This document shows positions 25,853 through 39,103 of a DNA stretch of 64,000 nt, one piece after another. A program made the position numbers and the translations under genes. Under the pieces are notes generated by a model, which searched no databases, was not told where the DNA came from, and was given only the letters and a program-made list of their open reading frames with translations. Source of the DNA: Vicugna vicugna (lineage: Eukaryota); contig MU058844.1 of NCBI GenBank assembly GCA_013265495.1, positions 11,492,184 through 11,556,183 on the forward strand, in the 5' to 3' direction. Positions within the stretch are counted from its first letter, which is position 1, and each line of letters begins with the position of its first letter.

Positions 25853-26552
25853 GTGTTTTAAGGAATATGAGACATCTTTGCACTAGAAACAAATATGATT
25901 CAGTTATGCTCATTTAGGGCGTTTCCACTTTACTATTTTGAATTATTATGGTGGTAGAAGGCATTATACTAAGTACCTTAACTTAATCCACTGTTTCTAT
26001 TCTAGTTCTGAGTGTCAAGACACACATACAGAATCTCATATTATTTTAAAAAACTGAAATGAGAGAGCTAATACTATATAAAGCATAGTAAGAGTTCACC
26101 TCACTTCATTTCTAACTGGGGTCCCCAAAGAATCAGGTGTATTTGCTCTCTTATAGAATTGGTAGGAACTTAGTTGTGATCCAAGTGTGTTTTACATAAC
26201 TCAGTGTCCATTATCACACATGGGACTTTCCCAGTCATAAAATTGTTCCAACAGGAAATATGATGTATTTCAAGGAGATCTAACTCACTCTGAGTTTCAG
26301 GAAACAATTTTGTGAGAAAATGGGACCTTCCTCCTTTCAGACTTATGAAGGCAGGCCCTATTTCCTCTTTGAATAAACATATCACAAAGATAACATTACC
26401 ATTTAAATGGACACCACCAATGGGAAGTCAGTAGCGCTTAATAACAAAGCTAACTGCAACACAATGTTTGGGAGGAAAAACTTGTAGATACTTCTCAGAA
26501 GGCTAAGGGGGAAATAGCTGTGGGTTGAAGGGTAATTAAGAAAGAGGCATAG

Positions 26553-26640
26553 AAGGATGGTACAGCTCAGTGGTAGAGCGTGTGCTTAGCATGCACAAGG
26601 TCCTGGGTCCAATCCCCAGTACCACCATTTAAAAGAAGAA
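26553..26640 (+). mobile_element. tRNA-Ala-derived SINE, Vic-1 type (camelid)
   Basis: A-box-like tacagctcagtggtagagc, ttagcatgca anticodon-arm relic, B-box-like gggtccaatcccc and A-rich tail; flanking aagaaaga at 26538-26545 and 26636-26643. Confidence 0.85.
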
Positions 26641-28330
26641 AGAATCCAAGCTCGGATGAAGAAGGCAGAACCATGGAGAGGTGACAAGACAGAGTGGAAG
26701 GAGAAGATAGAAGACTTTTGCAAATAGATTCAAGGGAGGAGAGGAGGAAAAGAGTGAGCAGGAGCAGTGAAATTCACACTGGCAGTTACTAAAGGCAGCT
26801 TGGTTGCCCCCATCAATACCAGGGAGAGGCATTTCTCAAGGACACTCCATGGCAAAGGAAAAGAGGACCTTGAAGAAAACCACATGCTCCAAGGACAGTC
26901 TGTTTTACCCAGCAAGGGCTGACCTTGCTCTGTGAGCTGTTGGAAAGAACTGCATGAGCATGGCTGAGGGAGAAATTCAGTCCTTTTCATTTTTCATCCA
27001 GTTCAAATAAAAACCAGGACACAATCAACATAACAAAAGGTATGCCAATTACTTAATATAATTCTACTGCATTCATCAAAAGCCTTTCTCTCTTTAGAAG
27101 CCTGTTCTCTAAAAGTAGTTAGGTGTCACACAGAGCTAATGAAATCCATCAACAAAGAAGTGCTTGTACTCACAGGCATTAGCAAAAGCGGAGGCAGGGC
27201 CACCTACTGGACATGCTGTGAAGTGCAAGGAGAGGTTCCCCGTTTAAAACTCTCAGAAAAAGGTCCTCCCAGCCAGGTCATTCAGGCTTAAGCATTCTCT
27301 TCTTTGTAGGCTCAGGTAAAATGTAAGTCTGTTAACTGAAAGAAAAGCTTGACTTCTGTTCTAGGTATGATCCTCATCTCTAATGGTTGAGAGAACTATG
27401 GATGGCAGCTTGGGGGTATCTCCCCAGCTTTTCTTTTCATAAAGTACCCCAATTCATATAAGTTAGCCTGAGAGCAATATTTAACTGGTGTGAACCTGCC
27501 ATCCTAACCATAGCTCACTGGACAAGTGTGGATACAGGATTCAGGCTCCGCCAATTAGGATCTTTTGCTCAAGAATTTACACTTGGATGCAGAGAAATTA
27601 GGAATTACAAACTGAGATGAACAAAATATCGTAAGGATTTTTGTTCCTCAAATATGAGTCACGGATATAGACTTTTAAAGGAAGAAAGTATCATGGAGTC
27701 TTAGTAAGGTGATAATTTTTTACAATGTGACAACGATGGATAAGGATAACACTAGATTTGCATGTATAACCACTATCCTTTTACAAGATCAAAGGTAATT
27801 ACAAACATAAACCAAATGATATAATCAGTAATAGTCCAACGAAGAGCATACATTTCACGTGTAGACAATGCCGTTTTCCTTAATCACTGGTTGCTCCATG
27901 TGTTCTGTTGATAAACCAGCTTTCCCATGGCTGAACTTCCAGTCAGTATGTTTGACACCATGGGTAGATATCAAGGACATCTTAAGCACCCATTCTTTAT
28001 GCAAAGATTTTAACTCAATTCTTTTATCAGTAGCCCAGGACATCTAGAGTCAGACTACCTGGTGGGAACTCCATTATGAACATAAATCTAAGGTCTTAAT
28101 CATGAACAGAAATCAATTAGCAATATTTGGTTTTAAGGCACTTGTCCAAATGATCCGGAATGTATTTAAAAAAAAAAAGTCATGCCAAACATCACAAATA
28201 TTTAAATCCAAATAAAGATCACAAAATGTATCCATGTTTTCCTAAGTCTTTGCAGGTTCCAGTTTAAGCCCCACTGCTCCAGGGCAACACTGACTAATTT
28301 CAGAAACCCTTTCAATGCTGACTTCCCAAA

Positions 28331-28860
28331 TGTTACCAAAACAACATTTTGTATAACAAAAAATACCCACACAATTTAGTAGCTTGAAACAGTAAGCATT
28401 TGTTGTTGTTATTGTTCACATAGTTTCCAGGGGTCAGGAATTTAGAAGCAGCTTAGCTGGGCTGTTCTGGTTAAGGGTCTCTAAAAGCTGTAGTGAGGAT
28501 GTTGGCTGGGGCTGCAGTCATCTGAAGGCTTGACTGGAGCTGAAGGATTCACTCTAAAATGGCTCACTCACCAGGTTGTGGGAAGAATGCCTGGGCTTCA
28601 CACTAAGCAGACCTCCCTGTAGGGCTGCTTGACGTGTCCTCACACATGGCACTGGGTTTCTCTGGAGCATGCAATCCAAGAGAGGAGGTTGGAGTGCTTT
28701 TTATGACCTACTCCCTAGATCCAAACACTCACTGTCTCTTTAATCTGCTCATTAAAAGCAAGTCAGTACATTCAACTGAAGCTCCACAGGAGGTGAACTA
28801 GGCTCCAACTCTTGAAGGGAAGAATATCAAGACTTTGTTTACATAATTTAAATCCACTAT
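28331..28860 (-). mobile_element. MaLR LTR (MLT1F/G-like)
   Basis: aatttagtagcttgaaacag; ggtcaggaatttagaagcagcttagctggg; ggggctgcagtcatctgaaggcttgactggagctg. Confidence 0.75.
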
Positions 28861-29748
28861 AGACATATCAACTTATCTAAAGCAATGCAGCTAATAAGTG
28901 GAGAAGGCTGCATTTGAATTTGTTTCAGTCTTTGTCTGGACCAGATGTTCTCATCATAGCTCTCTACTGCCTGGAGCAACTCCACATTTGAACACATGAT
29001 CCCTTGCGGGCATGTTCAGAAACCAAATGCAAGTATCTAGCTTAATTTTTGTTGATTTCAAAGAGTATGAGTGTAAAAAAGGTAGTTGTTAATTCCCAAA
29101 TGCAATTTTTATATTATAATTTCAAAATTTGAAAAAAAGTCCTCTTTCTCAAGTAATTAGATTTATATAATGCTCAGGAAAGAAGGTAATAGAATGAGCA
29201 AGGTGTCTGGAATTCTAGGATCCATTGCTGTACTGGAAAATCCAATTAAAATGCTTACTTCCAGGGAGCCTCAGAGCCACGGTCATGCCCAACCTACTCT
29301 TTGTCAGTCCCTCGTATAATCCTATTTAACTCTTGTCCAACGTGGTCAGGCTAGGGAAATTTCACAATCAAAGAAGCACAGTTCAAGCGATGTTTTTGAT
29401 CTTTGCCTAATCTCTCAGAGAAAAAAAAGAGGGTCCATGGACACAGCCACACAGCTGACAAGAATTCTTCTTAAAATTCTTAGTCTTCTTTCCTTGAATA
29501 ACACACCCGAGCCTCTCATTATTCTGACAACACTCCTTCCATCCTCTGTGCTATTCCACGCCCCATATTCTCCCCTTCTCCTATTCCACCTAAAACACGT
29601 GCTTTCACAAGAGCCTTTCTTTGAGTCAACAGCCCCTGAGTGTATAAGCTACTCTTTTCTCATTGCTATTGTTGAAGAGCTTGGCAGTAAAGCTGTTGTT
29701 CCTTCTGTCTTTTCTCTCTCAGACTCTCCATCACTACACTCAAAGCAC

Positions 29749-30217
29749 TGTTGACTGAAATAAATGCGCAGCCTATAAGTTAAGAGTTATGTTTTTTTCT
29801 GAGGGAGGACTCGAGCTGTGGTGACAGCCTCTCAGATTGCTCTGAGAAAGAGGTAGGGGAGGAGCCAAGATATATAGGAGTTTTACAGCACAGACCAGAT
29901 AGTTGGAACATTAGAAGCTTACGTGTTAACTGAAGAAAACCAGGTATCTCAAGTTCAAGAATTGAGCACTTTTCTATGTATGGGAGGAAGCAAACATATG
30001 GGCTCATTGAATTCATTCCTTTGACAAGCACCTAGCTATCTAGGGCCAGTGTCCTGTCCTTTCTTATTCTGAGCGCCCTCAGAGGGCACCACTGTGAGTG
30101 GCTGCAGAGGCTGGGCTGCAGGCTTGTCTTCACTGGGGGGTGGCGGCAGCCGCTGATGACTTGATGGCTTTAGCATTCTTTGCTTACCCAGATGGTTTCC
30201 AGTATTTTCGGTTCACA
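29749..30217 (-). mobile_element. ERV1-class solo LTR, same family as 4656-5153, copy 2 (inverted)
   Basis: Reverse complement aligns end to end with copy 1; TG...CA ends; TSD gcac/gcat. Confidence 0.88.
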
Positions 30218-30704
30218 GCATCAATGACTTTAGAAGCAGAAGAGACAGCAAAACAACGTATTTATCCAACCTACCTTTGCAAGCATGCAGTGGGGGAAAC
30301 ACACCTTGACAAGTATTTTCTCTGCCACCCTAGGTATACCGGAGAGATCTACACTTAAGATGGTTGGGAAAACCACTCACATCCTTTTTAAAAAATTTAA
30401 ATGTGAAACACTTAGCAAGAAAATGAGTTAGTAAAGAGAACAGAAGCAAAAAGATGAAGAGCTATAAGGCAGCAAACCTTGCATAAACATTAGACCTGAG
30501 GCAGAAAGAAGGAGGAGAGGTTTCAAACAAAGTCTAATTAACTGAGGCAACTCAAGTGTGCCTCTTCCTGGCAACCCACTGGAATCTAATATACATATTT
30601 AAAAGGATAAAAATTGTGTTTGTTATTTTCCAACAAGTTTTATTTGGGGTTTATTATTTACTTCTATCTCCATGTTAGCCTCCACATGGATTGTTAAGAG
30701 TAAT

Positions 30705-30925
30705 AATGATGGCGAACATTTTCTGGATTGTTACTATGTATTAGGCACTGTTCTAAATGCTGTGACTATGTTAACACATCTTCATTATTATCCCCATCTT
30801 ACAGTAAGATTTTGAGACAAAAGAGGAAATTAATTTGCCCTAAATCACATAGCTAGCAAGTGGTGGAGGTAGGATATGAAACCACACAGTCTGGCTCCAA
30901 AGGCTATGACTTCTACTATACTCTT
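30705..30925 (-). mobile_element. MIR SINE
   Basis: tactatgtattaggcactgttctaaatgc; tatccccatcttacag; aatcacatagctagcaagtggtggag. Confidence 0.7.
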
Positions 30926-31934
30926 CTGTTGCTCTAAATGAGATTCTCTGGCCACGATGGTAATTTCTAAATGTCTCACCCTGACAGGTAGGGTCTAGCC
31001 CACAATAGCCTCTAGCCAATTCCAGTACTTCAACTCTTATCATCTCCAGACTCCCCTCCCATAATCCCCCCAAACAAGTATCGAGCAGGCTCGGCTCCAC
31101 CTCCCTGCACTTTTGTGCCTTCTAAAACTGGGAAAGCGAACTCAATGAGGGTGCGATCACAGAGAAACCAGCACAGGAGAAGCAGCGGGTCTCCCAACTG
31201 CCAGGGTTTCACACATCTGCATTCTGAGGCTGTAGTATCCAACTCTGATGAACAATGCGATTTTTCAGATTGTCTTATAAGTGTTTATTTAGACTCTCAG
31301 CTGAAGAACAAGGAAAATGAAATTTAGTGCCGAGCTGTGTGAACATGGTCTGACTCTTGGGTGATTTATTTTTTATGACAGATTCCATTTTCTGCTGCTG
31401 GTAAGATCACACAGAAATACATTTGTCCACTGAAAGTACATTTGTGTCTTTTGCATGGGCTAACTCAGTGGTAGCATTTAATTTGTGCACTATTACTCAC
31501 TTATCAGACCAAAAGGCAGTACATGCTCAGAATTACTAAGGTTATTGAAATGTTATCACAAGGATCTGTCTTGAGAGGCACAGGAATGTCAGTGCCAGTC
31601 TGAGATTATCTCACTGTCTTCAAAGTGCAGATATTATTGAGATGAGTTTCCTGTAGAAATTTATGTTTGAAGGGATATGAATATGGACACTGTCAGAAAG
31701 GTTGTGTTACAGTATTGTTTATTGTGTAATGCAGTTGTTGAAAACAGAGTGAAACTCGGTGGATGTACATTAATGGGGTTTGGTGAACGCTCTTCTGGAA
31801 GAGGCTGTCACTTGTCAGGTTTGGCCGATTGTAATGGTGGAATGTGGCCCATAGTGACTGGAAGTTCTGATTTTAAGAGAAACAAGATTTCTGGATATTT
31901 ATATGAAATACCCTGATGTTTACATGTTGGTAAG

Positions 31935-32498
31935 TGTAGTAGGCAGAATTCTAAGAATGACTCCCTGACCTTCTTCTGTGTAAAATACCATTTCCTTTGA
32001 ATGTGAATGGGATCTTTTAACAGGATGAGATATTTCTTCCATGACTTTCATGTTATGGGGAAAAAGGTTGATTATCTAGGTGGAACTAACCCAATGACAG
32101 AGCATTGGAAGGGGAAAGCAGGAGAAGGACAGATACCATGGGCCTTTGCTGGCTTTGGAACTATAGAAGGCCATGCCCAAGAACCAGGAAGCCAGCAGGG
32201 GCTGAGAGGAATCTTAGGCTGACAGCCAGTGAGAAAATGGGGACTTCAGTCCTGCAACCACAAGGAACTGAATTCTGCTGACAATCTGAATGAGCTTGGA
32301 TGCAAATCCTCCCCCAGAGCCTTCAAGGAAGAGCTCATCTGAGCCAACACTTTCATCTTGATCTGTGAGACCCTGAACAGAGAATCCGACCAAGCCCAGC
32401 GTGACTTATGACTTACAGAGGATGAGATAATAAATGGATGTGACTTTAGGTCACTGACTATGGGATTGTTTGTTACCCAGCAATAAAAGACTAATACA
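31935..32498 (+). mobile_element. MaLR solo LTR (MLT1D/E-like) with a perfect 5-bp TSD gtaag
   Basis: tgtagtaggcagaattctaag ... ctaataca; gtaag at 31930-31934 and 32499-32503. Confidence 0.88.
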
Positions 32499-35400
32499 GT
32501 AAGCAATTAAAATTATTTAAAAAGCATTGGTAGGTCACTTAGTACATATCAGTCGAGGAGGTGTTACGTTTCAGCCTCTGCTGTAACTAAGGTGCGGTGA
32601 GTGAGTTCAGGTGGAAGTGTTTCTCCATCTTCTAATGTAACAAGCTATATTGTGCTTCTTCTGGTCATCGCTTAAAAGCATCCTTTAAAGAAATAATCTT
32701 TTGATTTGAAATGCAAATTAAAATTATCCACGTTTTGGGTAAGGAGTGAAAGCATAAAATGATGAAGTGCATAAAGGCATTAACAGAGACAGTTTAGTGG
32801 CTTTGTGGGTATTTTCTGCATTTGTTAATTTGAGGTCATTGAGATAAATTAAGAAAAAGGAAATTTTCCCTAACACTTTTTCCTAGAAAAAAAAATTGGG
32901 GATGATTATTTTCTTAAAGCTATTATTGAATGTATCTACAGATGTGCATCATTTATTCTTGATTGAGGACATATCTTTAAACTAGGTGGCAAAAATGTGC
33001 ATTCCCAAAGGTTCTCTAGCTTAAAGAGCAAACAGTAAATAGAGGTTAAGTTCAGAAATTCCATCTAATCAGCATCATTAACAGAACACCTGTTATGTTC
33101 AAGGCTCTGTGTTATGAACTGAATGCTAAGAACAAAGATGACAAGACATGATAGCTAGCTGGCTTCAAGTACCTTACTACCTACCCTTCCTTTCTTAATC
33201 TCTCTGTTATAGTTATAACTGGACATGTCTGGGTTCTATTAAAGATGCTGTCAAGACTTCCTAGTTACCCTCCATCACTATCACATACATAAATACCAAT
33301 GTGAAGACAGAAGACAGTTGTACTCATTCAGTTGCAGGTGGAGAAGCTGGGGGGCTTCCACATCTTTCCAGAATCTCCTCCCACTGCTTGCAGAGACCCT
33401 GCCTAGGGATGCTTACTGCATAAAAGCTGGTGAACTGGATCTTCACACTCAGCAGGTTTGAGACCATCCTGCCCTCCTTGGCAGATACATGGAACCAGCT
33501 GCACGTGCTACTATTCACATAAAAACTCTTGCTTTGGGCAGGTTCAAGTAAGGGGTAGGGCTTTTAAGAGCAGGCTAGGGCCCTGTAGAACACCTGAGGG
33601 AACCGTGGCTAATAATCTCTACATGAGATTTTTATCAACACTACTGGTTTGGGCTCTGGTTCAGCCGCCTCACCCCACCCCTCCCTTCCAGAATACTAGG
33701 CCATCTGTACAAGGTCCTTACCTCGTGGGTGGAGATGGAGAAAGTGTCCCTCTGCAGCAACTCCCAGGTGAAATTTCTATTCCCTATGGCCTAAGGCCAA
33801 TGTGAGGAACAGAGAAATGTTATCCTTTCGTTTGCATTTACTATGTCCTTAAAGTCAGCCATTTGTTTACTCGATGCTGTCCTGAGATATTCAATGGATG
33901 TTCAATGCATAGAATAAAAGTCTTATTGTTAGAGGCCACATTTGATTCTTAATCTCTGTTTAGAAATGTTAAAGCTTACCTAACACATAACTATCACAGT
34001 ACCACTGCTGTTTCTTTTGGAACAATTAGTGTCCCATACATATTAAATAAGGCATGGTTTTAACTAACTTGTTCCCTTTGACTGAATAGCAGCGTTGACT
34101 CTGGGATTCTAGTTTTTCCTCATTTTAGGTCTCATGTCTATATGAAGAGTAATATAAAGTTATTTAATAGATATTTTTGTAGACCTTCTAAAAATTGGTT
34201 ACACTACCTTGTAGGTAGTTAGAATTGTTTGGCCACAAAATCCCTTTTTTTCCTTCAAATTAACATGGCTTGATTTCCCAATAAATGGTAATGGTTTAAA
34301 ATTGTTTACAGTATTGCCCGATGACATGTTCAAACTCCTATTCCATTTTTGCCTTCTTAGTGTTGAGACTGGATCTGCAACTTGACCTTTCTTTGAAATT
34401 GATAGTCACACAGTAACTGTAGACTGGATTCTGGCAGTATCAATATTTGCTTGGCTGGTAAAATGTTTTCCTCTGTTTGCACATGATCTATTTTCTAGTT
34501 CTCAGGAGGTCCTGCGTATCTTCTGCAATTCATTCTGTGAGAAGGAAATTTCCAGCACATACTGCAAATCCACAGTGTCCTGCGGAAATCGCTCCACTGC
34601 GGTTACCACACCAGCTGGCTCACCTGAAAACTTTCCTCCCCTATTATTCTACGTTAATGGCATATAGAAATTTTATTTTCAAGTTTGCAATTAAGATAAC
34701 ATTAGTACCAATTATAATTTTATTTGAAAGGATAACTTATTCATTTTACTTAAGACTTAATGTGTGTTTGGGGTATTAATAATTTCAAATTTCGGAGTGT
34801 GCACCATATAATAGACATCTCAAGCTAGTTAATACTAAAATTCTTGGTTGATGCTGAGTAAAGCAAACAGCTAAAGGGCACACTATTTTTTTTAAAAAAA
34901 GGCTAATTACCGTGTTACATTCGCAAGGGGACTTCTTACAGCGTCTTCTCTATAGTCAGCCCTGTGGCTTCTTTAGATGAACTAAATTTCTAATAGCAGA
35001 TAAAAAAAAATGTAGTCGAGGAAATATGATGTTTCAGATCTTGAAAAGAAATAATCACCAAACTTTCATATGTAAGAAAAAGAAAGCAAAATGTATTACA
35101 TTTGAGAAATACCTTTATAGGTTCGGGGGTTTGTAGGAAGCCACATTAGCAATTAGAATGTCGTTTGGTGAACAGTGAATGTGGGCAAGAAAGATAGGTG
35201 GAGAGCCCTGAGGGATATCTTATCCAGATCAGGAAAAGCACTGCTTTAAACTGTGGCTTCTATCTCTTAGTTAGTATGCATGTCCATTTTTAGTGTATCT
35301 GTAGATATTTCTCTCTTATTCTACTGCCTCTAATCTCATAAAACATTCTCTTTTTATATTTATATATGTTAATATTATTGATAGGTTTTCAGTGAAGTTC

Positions 35401-35644
35401 TGACGTTCCTCTGGGAGTCATTCTGCTGTTTAAAATGTCTTTGGATGCTGATGCTTTTTTTTTTTTTCTTTCAGTCTAGAGAAGAGAATTCTTTCTTGTC
35501 AGACAAAAGAACAATTTGAGGTGAGATCCTTTTTTATCCAAGTGTAGGATGAGTAAACAATTTTTGTCCAGGGACTAAGAAGACATATACAGATATAGAC
35601 ATAGATGGAGATTTATGTAATGATATAAAGATATATATGTTCTA

Positions 35645-36064
35645 TTTTTTTTAATTGAAGTATAGTTGGTTTACAATATTGTGTTAATTTCTGGTATACA
35701 GCACAGTGATTCATTTATACATATATGTATATAAATATATTCTTCTTCATATTCATTTTCATTATAGGCTATTATAAGGCTTTGAATATAGTTCCTTGTG
35801 CTATAAAATAGGACCTTGTTGTTTATCTATTTTATATATAGTAGTTGGTATCTGCAAACCCAATCTCCTAATTTATCCCTCAACCCACCCTCCCCCGCAC
35901 TCCCCAGTACCACAATTTTGTTTTCTATGTCTGTGAGTCTGTTTCTGTTTTGTAAATAAGTCCTTATGTCTCATTTTTTTTTTAAGATTCCACATATAAG
36001 TGATGTCATGTGGTATTTTTCTTTCTTTTTCTGGTTTACTTCACTTAGTGTGGCCATCCCCAGG
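35645..36064 (-). mobile_element. LINE-1 3' end fragment (artiodactyl/camelid type)
   Basis: Poly(T) then aattgaagtatagttggtttacaatattgtgttaatttctgg...gattccacatataagtgat; homologous to the copy at 38638. Confidence 0.85.
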
Positions 36065-36489
36065 TATACATACAATTACATATATAATGAACTGCCCAGA
36101 CAGAAAGTAGACACGTTGATATTAAGCAATCCATGGTTTCTCACTCAGTGGGTCACTGAAATAGTTACAATGAACAACTGTAACCCAGCACCTGGAAGTG
36201 AGGGGAAAACCACCAGTGTGGGTCTCTGAGTGAGCTGGAAAAATTTCAACTCAAAGCCCTGTATTGGCGCTGGCACCTGGGAGGACCTGAGCTAGCTGGC
36301 TGCCAGGGGAGGCGAGGGTTGTGCTGTCTTACTCACTGGCAGCCCCTGTGCACCTGTGGTGGTGATTCAGCTCTTGCAGGCTGTCGTGATTAGCCAGCTC
36401 AATTTTTAACTTTAATGGTAATTATCTAAAATTCACCTTTAAAACTGATCATTTATATTGACTAATGTTTGGAACAGCTTATCTACATC

Positions 36490-36837
36490 AATCTTTTTAC
36501 CTGGAAATTCTTGAAATCTAAGTACAGCTTCAGTCCTTCTGATGAAAATTTAGTGTCCAAATTGAGACGTGCTGTAAATATACAGTACATGCAGGATTTC
36601 AGAGACTTGGCGAAAAAAAGAAGAAAGAAAAAATGCAAAATGTATTAAAAATCTTATTTAAAAGCATTTTTGCTAGATGATATGTTGAAATGATAATGTT
36701 TTTGATATGGTGGGATAATTAAGTATGTGCATTATTATAATTAATTTCACCTGTTTCTTTTCACTTTTATTAATAAGGCTATTGGAAGATTTTAAATCAT
36801 GGATGTGGCTTGAATTCTATTTCTACCAGAATATTGT
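36490..36837. mobile_element. hAT-Charlie DNA transposon fragment (Charlie1/MER33-like)
   Basis: tctgatgaaaatttagtgtccaaattgagacgtgctgtaaa; aattaatttcacctgtttcttttcactttt. Confidence 0.7.
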
Positions 36838-38637
36838 TAATAGTCTAAAGAGTATGGAGCCTTACAAGTGAGCATAGTTCAGGTGAATTTCCCTCCACTA
36901 AGAAACCACTGATACCGGCAAAGACTCTTTTCTAGCTTCTATGCAGAATTTATCTCCAACTACCGTGAGCCTGGTTCTGGCTGTTCATTGTGCTTGCTGT
37001 TGGCCTCATAAGTGCCACCAGTACCAGGTTTCTGGGCAGCACTGCCCTGTCATTGGCTGAATCTCTAGCTCACCAACTGGCTAAGAGCCTGTCCAGTCCC
37101 AAATCCCATGGTAACCCGTGGAAGGGCTGGACTAGGGGATGTAAACTTACCAAGAAAGCCACTTGCCTAGGAGCTGGGTGGCTGACTCTCAAAGAGATAC
37201 CGATGCTAGGCAAATGATCATTCCACCACAAAGTGTCTATGTGGAATGTGGTCTCACATCTACATCTTGAACACCACCCTCAAAACTAGCTTACACTTAG
37301 CTATTCAGAATACCACGTTAGGACCAAACCCGACCCAGTACAACTACCAAAGATACTCATAAGCACTCAGATGCTCTTGGCTGAGCTATGGCTAGACTTC
37401 TAGACTTTCTGCTATTCCCCAGGAATATGATTCTCTGGGAACTGATAAATACACATTGTTTCTAACACAAACGGTGAATGACTCTATTTACCTTGGGTGC
37501 ATTTTATTACCTGTCACCATCTTTAGGGTCTAAAATCTAGCTGAACACAGATGATAGGTTAGTCGATTCTTCCTGGAAAAAAAAATCACAAAACATGACT
37601 AGGATGCAGATTTTCTGACTCTGAATTTAGTGGCTTTTCCCTTACGTTATACTCCTTTATAAATGTCACATTAAATGGGTATAAATACACTATGACAGTT
37701 GAAAAATAAAAGTTAAACAAACTATAAAGATGTCCACCACATCTCTCAAGTTCTATTCTTCTCTACTTGGTCAAGATCTTTCTTGTGGGGAACCATCCCA
37801 GAGTGAAAGTCACATCTTCACTTCTCATCTCTACGCTAAGGATTCCTATTTTGATCTTTTCAGCCCTCCCCTATCTTCTGGGCTCCAGCATTACATTTCC
37901 AACTGCTTGGTATATTTTATCTGTTCCCCGCTAAAACCTACACACTTAAATTGCTCTGTATATTGCTAAGCTATCTTCAAAACACTTCAAAAGCAGAAAG
38001 AAGAAGAAAACTTGGTAGAAAATCTAAGAGAAAATAAACCCCAAGAGTGAGGCAGAACTTTGCACTGGATGACATGAACTCTCAGGCTGCCCTTCACCCT
38101 TTCTGGTCAGTAACCAGCATTCTAATTATTCACCTGGCTCCCCAGGGAGCTCCACCTGTAAAAGTGGTTCTTCTCAGATGTAAGGCTCTTGTTTAACGTA
38201 AGCTAAAGTTCAGTTGCTGTCTCCATGTTCAGGAACGTTTTTATTCAGTACACGCTTGTTGAGAATGCACTCTATTCGAGGTCCTGAAATTGAACATAAG
38301 TGAGACACGAGATACATGTGTAGATCTAGAAAAGCAAATAACTCACATTCTTGACCTAGTTTGGGGGATCAGAAAGGATCGTCTAAGATAATGGCATGTG
38401 AAAATGTATAAGGGCCTTGGGGGAAAATGAAGTAAATTACAGTAAAAGAACTATTGCTCTAAACTTGGTCTGGGACAAAATACTATTGCTTGATATGATT
38501 AATAATCTCTTTCCCTGAATAAATTAGAATTGTGATAAACATTTAGTAATTTTCAATAATTGCTTAATTACTTATGGGACAGATATTTAACTTGGGAAAC
38601 CATCCACTCACCTGACAGTCCAAAAACTGGGTATGTA

Positions 38638-39103
38638 TTTTTTTAAATTGAAGTACAGTTGATTTACAATATTGTGCTAATTTCTGGTGCACAGCATAGT
38701 GATTCATTTATATATATATATATATATATATACATATATATATTATATTTCTTTTAATATTAATTATAGGCCATTACAATGTACTGAATATAGCTCTTTG
38801 TGCTATACAGTAGGACCTTGTTGTTTATCTATTTTATATACAGCAGTTAGTATCTGGCATGATGATCTCCAGGTCCACCCATGTTACTGTAAATGGTATT
38901 ATTTTATTCTTTTTTATGGCTGACTATTATTCCATTGTATAAATAGGCTACTTCATTATGCAGTCATCTGTCGATGGACATTGGGGTTGCTTCCATGTCT
39001 TGGCTATTGTAAATAGTGTTGTTATGAACACTGGGGTGCAGTATCTCTTTGAATTAGAGTTTTCTCTGCATATATGCCTAGGAGTTGGATTGCTGGATCA
39101 TAG
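38638..39103 (-). mobile_element. LINE-1 3' end fragment with an internal (TA)n and an internal deletion
   Basis: Same 3' end as the 35645 copy; continues into gatggacattggggttgcttccatgtcttggctattgtaaatagtg. Confidence 0.85.

Noticed and set aside
26553..26626. Possible tRNA-Ala gene
   Set aside because: Degenerate acceptor and T stems, an A-rich tail and flanking direct repeats indicate a SINE.
4656..30217. Possible full-length provirus bounded by the two matching LTRs
   Set aside because: The LTRs are inverted, carry different TSDs and are 25 kb apart; no gag/pol/env is recognisable between them.
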